Sequence record: DRR378314_109
Reading direction: 5' to 3' (one strand)
DNA: 64,000 nucleotides
Below, piece by piece: positions 58,479-64,000 of the stretch (positions are counted from its first letter, which is position 1; each line of letters begins with the position of its first letter). The position numbers and the translations under genes were made by a program. The notes below the pieces were generated by a model, which did no database searches, was not told the origin of the DNA, and saw only the letters and a list, made by a program, of their open reading frames with translations.

Positions 58479-59483
58479 ATGACTGACACCGACAACAAGC
58501 CCTTCGCCCTGCGCAAATATACCGCAGAGGAGTTGAAGAGCGCGCTCTACAAAATGCACCTTATTCGGCTGTTTGAGGAAGGTGCCGAGGACAGCTATAC
58601 ACGCGGCCTGATCCACGGAACGATGCACCTCTCAATCGGGCAGGAAGCCTCTGCCGTGGCAAGTTGCATGCCCTTGAGCGACAGTGACTACATCACATCC
58701 ACGCACCGTGGCCACGGACACTGCATTGGCAAAGGCGCTGATGTGAAACGGATGTTTGCAGAGTTCTTCGGCAAGGAAGATGGCTATTGTCACGGGCGTG
58801 GCGGCTCCATGCACATCGCTGATGTCTCCAAAGGCAATCTCGGCGCAAATGGGATTGTGGGCGGCGGCCTGCCGATTGCCACCGGGGCGGCGCTGACGGC
58901 CAAGCGGCTCAAAACCGGCGCCGTTGCGGTCTGTTTTTTCGGAGATGGTGCCAATAATGAAGGCGCATTCCACGAGGCGCTGAATATGGCCTCCATCTGG
59001 AAGCTCCCTGTTGTCTACATCTGCGAAAACAACCGCTACGGCATGTCGACATCAACCGAACGGTCAACTGCGGTGCCGAATATCGCGGATCGCGCTGTCG
59101 CTTATGCCATGCCCGGCGTCACGGTTGACGGAAATGATTTCTCTGCCGTGGCAGAGGCGGTCGAGACTGCGGTGCAACATGCGCGTGATGGGCATGGTCC
59201 AAGCCTTGTAGAAAACCTTACCTATCGTTGGCGGGGCCACTCAAAATCCGATCGAAATCGCTATCGCACCAAGGATGAGATCGAAAGCTGGGTTGAAAAG
59301 GACCCGATCAAACGCTTCCGCGCTCAGTTGATTGAACATGACGTTCTTTCCGAAAGCGAAGCTGATGCCATCGCTGAGGCGGCACATCGCGAAGTGCAGG
59401 ACGGTATCGCCTTTGCGCAGGCCAGCCCGCCCCCCTCTACTCATGAGGTGACGCGATATGTTCATGGGGAGGCACAGGCATGA
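58479..59483 (+). CDS. TPP-dependent dehydrogenase E1 alpha (AcoA/PdhA-like)
   Basis: [25 protein letters not shown]...ENN, YRWRGHS. Confidence 0.92.
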   Translation: MTDTDNKPFALRKYTAEELKSALYKMHLIRLFEEGAEDSYTRGLIHGTMHLSIGQEASAVASCMPLSDSDYITSTHRGHGHCIGKGADVKRMFAEFFGKEDGYCHGRGGSMHIADVSKGNLGANGIVGGGLPIATGAALTAKRLKTGAVAVCFFGDGANNEGAFHEALNMASIWKLPVVYICENNRYGMSTSTERSTAVPNIADRAVAYAMPGVTVDGNDFSAVAEAVETAVQHARDGHGPSLVENLTYRWRGHSKSDRNRYRTKDEIESWVEKDPIKRFRAQLIEHDVLSESEADAIAEAAHREVQDGIAFAQASPPPSTHEVTRYVHGEAQA

Positions 59484-60493
59484 ACGCACAGACATCCGAC
59501 CTAACCACACGGGAAATGAGCTATGCAGAAGCACTCAGAGACGCGATGGAAATTGCATTGGAGCGCGACGAACGTGTGATCCTCATGGGCGAGGATATCG
59601 GGGTTTACGGCGGCGCCTTTCAGGTGACCGGTGACTTGGTCCATCGCTTTGGGGAAGACCGGGTCATTGATACGCCGATCTCGGAACTTGGCGGGGCAGG
59701 GGTCGCCGTTGGGGCGGCCTTGACCGGGTTGCGTCCAATCTTCGAGTTTCAATTTTCAGATTTCGCCATGCTGGCCATGGAGCAAATCGCCAATCAGGCG
59801 GCCAAGCTACGTTATATGCTGGGGGGCGAGGCTTCCGTTCCTTTGGTCATACGCATGCCTGCGGGTTCAGGTACGGGCGCTGCCGCGCAGCACAGCCAAA
59901 GCCTAGAAGCCTGGTTTGGTCATGTGCCGGGACTTAAAGTTGTTCAACCTACCACGCCCGCAGATGCAAAAGGCATGTTGCTGGCCGCTGTAGAAGACCC
60001 CGACCCGGTGATCATTTTTGAGCACAAGTTGCTTTACAAGATGAAAGCCGAGGTGCCCGAAGGGTATTATACCGTGCCGCTCGACAAGGCAGAGGTGCGC
60101 CGAACCGGGGAGGACGTCACAATTGTAGCCTCTGGCGGTATGGTTCCGCGCGCGTTGGAGGCTGCCGAAGCAGCGGCGGCGCAGGGCCATTCTACTGAAG
60201 TTATTGATCTTCGCTCAATCCGCCCGATTGACCGGGAGACCATCCTGTCTAGCGTGCGCAAGACCGGCCGGCTGATCTGCGTCTATGAAGGGGTACGCAC
60301 AATGGGTGTCGGTGCTGAGATCTCTGCCATGGTGGCTGAATCCGACGCTTTTGATTTTCTTGATGCGCCAATCCTGCGGCTTGGCGGCGCGGAAGCCCCG
60401 ATCCCTTACAACCCGGACCTTGAGCGCGCCGCGGTACCACAGACCGCCGATATAGAGCATGCCATTGGCCGTTTGATGCGACGCGAGGTTTAG
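59480..60493 (+). CDS. TPP-dependent dehydrogenase E1 beta (AcoB/PdhB-like)
   Basis: GEDIG, DTPISE, AAQHSQ, PGLKVV, EVIDLRS. Confidence 0.92.
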   Translation: MNAQTSDLTTREMSYAEALRDAMEIALERDERVILMGEDIGVYGGAFQVTGDLVHRFGEDRVIDTPISELGGAGVAVGAALTGLRPIFEFQFSDFAMLAMEQIANQAAKLRYMLGGEASVPLVIRMPAGSGTGAAAQHSQSLEAWFGHVPGLKVVQPTTPADAKGMLLAAVEDPDPVIIFEHKLLYKMKAEVPEGYYTVPLDKAEVRRTGEDVTIVASGGMVPRALEAAEAAAAQGHSTEVIDLRSIRPIDRETILSSVRKTGRLICVYEGVRTMGVGAEISAMVAESDAFDFLDAPILRLGGAEAPIPYNPDLERAAVPQTADIEHAIGRLMRREV

Positions 60494-60496
60494 ACC

Positions 60497-61804
60497 GTGG
60501 CAACAGAAGTCATTATGCCCAAGGTCGACATGGATATGGAGACCGGCAAAATCTCTGTCTGGCATGTCGCCGAAGGCGAGACCGTCACAAAGGGTGCTGC
60601 ATTATTTGATATCGAAACAGACAAGGCCGCGATGGAGGTGGAGGCTCCAGCAACTGGCACATTGCACCATATCATTGCGCAGATTGACGATGTCATCGCG
60701 GTGGGCCGCCCTTTGGCCTGGATCTATGCAGAGGGGGAAGAAGTGCCCGATGCGCCGCCTGCGTCCCCGCCAACACCATCAGCGGTGCCGGCACCTGCGC
60801 CAAACAACACCACGCCCGAAAGCGCACCCTTGCCTATTTCAGCGGCACCAGCGGCCGCATCTGCCGGTGACCAGATCCGGGCCACGCCCGCAGCGCGCAG
60901 GATTGCACGAGAACAAGGTTTGGACCTTGCCACGATACAGGGAACCGGTCCACGTAACCGTATCCAGCGCGACGACATTGAAACGGACTGCATCACCCAA
61001 GTGGATGCCGCTGTTACGTCATGGTCCACACAAGCAGGTCCGCTTGCGGTGACACGGACGGGCACAGGAATAGATGCGCCGATTGTGCTGATCCACGGCT
61101 ATGCCGCAGATGCGATGGGATGGCGCCCACTGGAGCAAGCCCTGCGCGGCACCGGACGGGAGTTTATTCGGATCGAACTGCCAAGCCACGGCAATTCGCC
61201 ACGGCGATACATCAGTGACTTCGCGACGCTCGCCCGCATGCTGGTTGATACCTTTGATGCGCTCGCGCTTGATCAGGCCCATGTCATCGGTCATTCGCTG
61301 GGCGGTGCCCTGGCCGCTGCATTGACCGATATTCGTTCCCGCCGCATCGCAACCCTTGGGTTGATCGCACCTGCGGGATTGGGGGCGGAAATCGATGGTG
61401 ATACGCTTCTTGGCATCGCGCGCGCCTCTCGTACAGAAAGCCTTGCACCGTGGCTCAAACGGCTTGCGGCCACCGATGGGGCGATTAGCGAGGATTTTGC
61501 CAAGGCCGCTATGAAGGCGCGGTCAGACCCGGAACAACGTGCTGCCCAACTCGATCTGGCAAAGACGCTTTTCCCGGATGGCACACAAACATTTGATATC
61601 CGTCCCGCGCTCACACGGGTCGAAGTGCCGCTATCGGTCATTTGGGGCCGGGGTGATCGCATTTTACCTTGGCGTCAGGCGTTTCAACTGCCGGGGCATG
61701 CTGCGTTGCATCTTCTGCCGGATGTAGGGCATATTCCGCATATCGAACAACCCGAGACGGTTGCAAAACTGCTGATCCGGCTATTCAAACAGGCGGAGAT
61801 CTGA
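60497..61804 (+). CDS. Lipoyl + E3-binding + alpha/beta-hydrolase fusion (AcoC-type atypical E2)
   Basis: IETDKA lipoyl Lys, [37 protein letters not shown]. Confidence 0.88.
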   Translation: MATEVIMPKVDMDMETGKISVWHVAEGETVTKGAALFDIETDKAAMEVEAPATGTLHHIIAQIDDVIAVGRPLAWIYAEGEEVPDAPPASPPTPSAVPAPAPNNTTPESAPLPISAAPAAASAGDQIRATPAARRIAREQGLDLATIQGTGPRNRIQRDDIETDCITQVDAAVTSWSTQAGPLAVTRTGTGIDAPIVLIHGYAADAMGWRPLEQALRGTGREFIRIELPSHGNSPRRYISDFATLARMLVDTFDALALDQAHVIGHSLGGALAAALTDIRSRRIATLGLIAPAGLGAEIDGDTLLGIARASRTESLAPWLKRLAATDGAISEDFAKAAMKARSDPEQRAAQLDLAKTLFPDGTQTFDIRPALTRVEVPLSVIWGRGDRILPWRQAFQLPGHAALHLLPDVGHIPHIEQPETVAKLLIRLFKQAEI

Positions 61805-61821
61805 AGGAGGCAGACGACCCT

Positions 61822-62814
61822 ATGAGCGCTTCTCCCCGTAACGGAGCTTCTTCTCCTGCTGTCGCAACTCCAACTGGGCGGAACGTAAACAGCGAACGGC
61901 TCCGCGCGCGGGCGGTGTGGTTGTACTATGCTGAGGGAATGAAGCAGAGCGAAATTGCCGAGGCGCTTGGAACCACGCGCGTCACTATTGTGCGCTTGCT
62001 GGCAGATGCCCGCAGGCGCAACGAGGTGCGCATCACCATTTCGTCCTCCATGGCAGAGCTTGCCGGGATGGAAGTGCAGCTTTCACAGCGCTACGGAATT
62101 CAGGATGTCATTGTCTGTCCCTCAAACGAAGCCGTCCCAGACCCGACGCAATCCATCGCGGCTTCTGCCGGTGCCTATGTAAGTGGGATGATGCAACCCG
62201 GTATGTCGGTTGGTGTCGGATGGGGGAAAACCCTTCATTCGATGTTGCAATTCATCGAAAGCCAGACCCTGAGCGATCTGAGTGTGGTGTCCCTGCTTGG
62301 CGGGTTTTCGCACGTCCGGCATTTTAACCCGGCGGATTTCGCCTGGCGTTTTGCGGAGCTGTTCCAAGGGGAGGGGTATCTTGTCCCGGCGCCAGCGCTT
62401 GTTGATAGCCCGGAAACAAGGCGCGCATTAATCGAACGCTGCGGGATTGGTGAGGTTTTTGCTAAAGCCCACAATCTTGATATGGTGTTGTTGTCGGTAG
62501 GCGGAATTGCTCAGGGGGCGACCTCTTTTCAAACCGGTTATCTGACCGATGCCGAACGTGAGGATCTTAAAGCCGCCGGTGCCACGGGGGATCTATTATA
62601 TAATTTCATCGATGTCGACGGGCGTTTGATCGACCATCCGGTGAACGACCGCACCATCTCGGTAAGTCTGGAACAGCTTGCAAATGCGAAGGCGCGGATC
62701 ATCGTGTCCGGTGGCCCTGAAAAGGTCGAAGTGCTGCATGGTGCAATTGCAGCCATTCGCCCTTCCGCTCTGGTGACGGATGACGCCAGTGCCAGAACTC
62801 TTCTGGCGATGTAA
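61822..62814 (+). CDS. SorC/DeoR-family sugar-binding regulator
   Basis: AVWLYYAEGMKQSEIAEALG, GVGWGKT, GATGD, GPEK, LVTD. Confidence 0.9.
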   Translation: MSASPRNGASSPAVATPTGRNVNSERLRARAVWLYYAEGMKQSEIAEALGTTRVTIVRLLADARRRNEVRITISSSMAELAGMEVQLSQRYGIQDVIVCPSNEAVPDPTQSIAASAGAYVSGMMQPGMSVGVGWGKTLHSMLQFIESQTLSDLSVVSLLGGFSHVRHFNPADFAWRFAELFQGEGYLVPAPALVDSPETRRALIERCGIGEVFAKAHNLDMVLLSVGGIAQGATSFQTGYLTDAEREDLKAAGATGDLLYNFIDVDGRLIDHPVNDRTISVSLEQLANAKARIIVSGGPEKVEVLHGAIAAIRPSALVTDDASARTLLAM

Positions 62815-62870
62815 CAGTGCCAATTTGCTGTCGGGAGCGCGATACAATACTTGACCGAAACCCCGAATAG

Positions 62871-62902
62871 GAACATTAGTATAGTAGCGAAACGATTGTT
62901 CA
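62871..62902. promoter_or_regulatory. GAACA-N21-TGTTC dyad, candidate SorC-family operator
   Basis: gaacattagtatagtagcgaaacgattgttca. Confidence 0.5.
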
Positions 62903-62935
62903 GCACCCTCTAAAACAGAAACTAATGAGAGTTCG

Positions 62936-63613
62936 ATGATTTCGGGAACCCTGCCTATCAAAGACCTTCTGCGTGGGCTGCGCTCTGGCATGACGGCGGG
63001 GCGGGTTGCCATTGATCCCTTGAGCCGGGATTTCCCCGGACCTCTACGTGATGTTGTGGACGGTCTGGATATCATTGCCACACGGCTTGAGGCGACAACA
63101 TCACGTTTGGCCCATAGTATTCTGGATGATGGAGCAACGTCACGGAAAGGGTTCGGCTGGACCTTGCAAACGCTGGCAATGCACCCGAACGGCGCGACAA
63201 TCTTTGCGCAATTGGCCTACGGTGCCCTTGGTGCTGCATATTCACGATTTGCGCAACAACCCGCGCTGGTGAGCGAAACCCTCGCCGCACAGGCGTTTCA
63301 GGCCGCGATGAGTGCAACATCTGCGGATCGAAGCGCGCTGCCTGCTGAACTTCTTCTTCAACTGATAAGCACCGAAGTCATTCGTTCGGTGCCTTTGGCG
63401 ACTCTTTCACAGCAGAAAGACGATTCCGCCATACTTGCCTATACCGCTTTTGTGATCCTGCTCTGTGTGGAGCGCGCCTCCGAGAGTGAAGAAACTGATC
63501 TGCTTGATCTATGTTGCGACACTGCGCCGCTGATAGCGCGGAAATTCCGTTTTGACCCTGATGAACGTTCCGCTTTGCGTGCCGCGATCGCGGATTGCGC
63601 GCGCTTGATTTGA
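62936..63613 (+). CDS. Hypothetical protein (helical, 225 aa)
   Basis: Longest ORF in the gap, GAGAG RBS; no recognised motif. Confidence 0.65.
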   Translation: MISGTLPIKDLLRGLRSGMTAGRVAIDPLSRDFPGPLRDVVDGLDIIATRLEATTSRLAHSILDDGATSRKGFGWTLQTLAMHPNGATIFAQLAYGALGAAYSRFAQQPALVSETLAAQAFQAAMSATSADRSALPAELLLQLISTEVIRSVPLATLSQQKDDSAILAYTAFVILLCVERASESEETDLLDLCCDTAPLIARKFRFDPDERSALRAAIADCARLI

Positions 63614-63625
63614 GAGGTTCCTGCC

Positions 63626-64000
63626 ATGACGCTTCCTGCCCCTGAACTCCTCCTGACGCCGAACACGCAAGTCAGACGTGCGGTTCGCAGGTTGCGCTGG
63701 TTTCGTCGTGCTTTTCTTGAACAGGTGGCGGTTATCTCCGAAGATTGCGGCATTCCCTTCGACGTCGATACCATTCGGCTGGCGGATGCCTTCCTTGAAT
63801 GGAGCGCCGCCTTCGAGCGTAAGAAACCAACATCCCGCGCGGACAAGCGCCGCTATGTTGATCATGTTTCCGGGTTGATGCTTGAGCAATTGCTGCGAAA
63901 GGCCCCTCTATCGGCCAGATGCGGGGACAAGACTCCAAACGATGCGACCCCTGCCCAATTCTGGCCAGAGGGCTATGCCTGCGTGGTCTTCTGTCTGAAC
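63626..64000 (+). CDS. Hypothetical protein (truncated by window end)
   Basis: Not in ORF track. GAGG RBS; open frame MTLPAPELL...RRLRWF...LADAFLEW...FWPEGYACVVFCLN. Confidence 0.7.
   Translation, partial: MTLPAPELLLTPNTQVRRAVRRLRWFRRAFLEQVAVISEDCGIPFDVDTIRLADAFLEWSAAFERKKPTSRADKRRYVDHVSGLMLEQLLRKAPLSARCGDKTPNDATPAQFWPEGYACVVFCLN

Noticed and set aside
58479-61804. Housekeeping pyruvate dehydrogenase
   Set aside because: E2 lacks the acyltransferase domain, no lpdA, and the context is catabolic
1-64000. CRISPR arrays, tRNA/rRNA, IS elements, prophage or defence systems
   Set aside because: No repeat-spacer periodicity and no transposase, integrase, nuclease or phage motifs seen; almost all sequence is explained by metabolic genes

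Overview
A 64-kb chromosomal-type segment from an alphaproteobacterium, most likely Rhodobacteraceae/Roseobacter group (inferred from TRAP-rich content, NagQ, BioR, Irr and Iron-Rhodo-type motifs). I saw no rRNA, tRNA, CRISPR array, transposase or phage gene. In order: (1) GlcNAc/MurNAc locus (ABC binding protein, murQ, BadF-type kinase, GntR, SIS deaminase, nagA); (2) convergent RpiR/HexR-regulated operon TRAP-MlrC(M81)-DSD1-like PLP enzyme-KdgK-like kinase-RidA; (3) bioR-bioY-DUF1284 with two BioR boxes; (4) a ~20-kb iron island (exbB-exbD-exbD-tonB, CeuE/FatB-type ABC, two FetA-like TonB receptors, hemP, imelysin-porin-DHOR-imelysin-DUF1513, dps); (5) a GcvT-family FAD oxidoreductase and small regulator/detox modules, including a perfect 47-bp palindrome, a sox-box-like MerR promoter and a frameshifted aminotransferase; (6) MarR-TRAP-ICL/PEP-mutase unit; (7) a catabolic cluster with TRAP, ALDH, beta-hydroxyacid dehydrogenase, SAF-domain oxidoreductase, TPP E1 alpha/beta, a lipoyl-alpha/beta-hydrolase in place of a normal E2, a SorC-family regulator and two hypothetical genes. 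Clusters 2 and 7 and the imelysin/DHOR/porin module are the best candidates for undescribed systems. All family calls come from motif recognition, not database searches, and all pathway proposals are inference.
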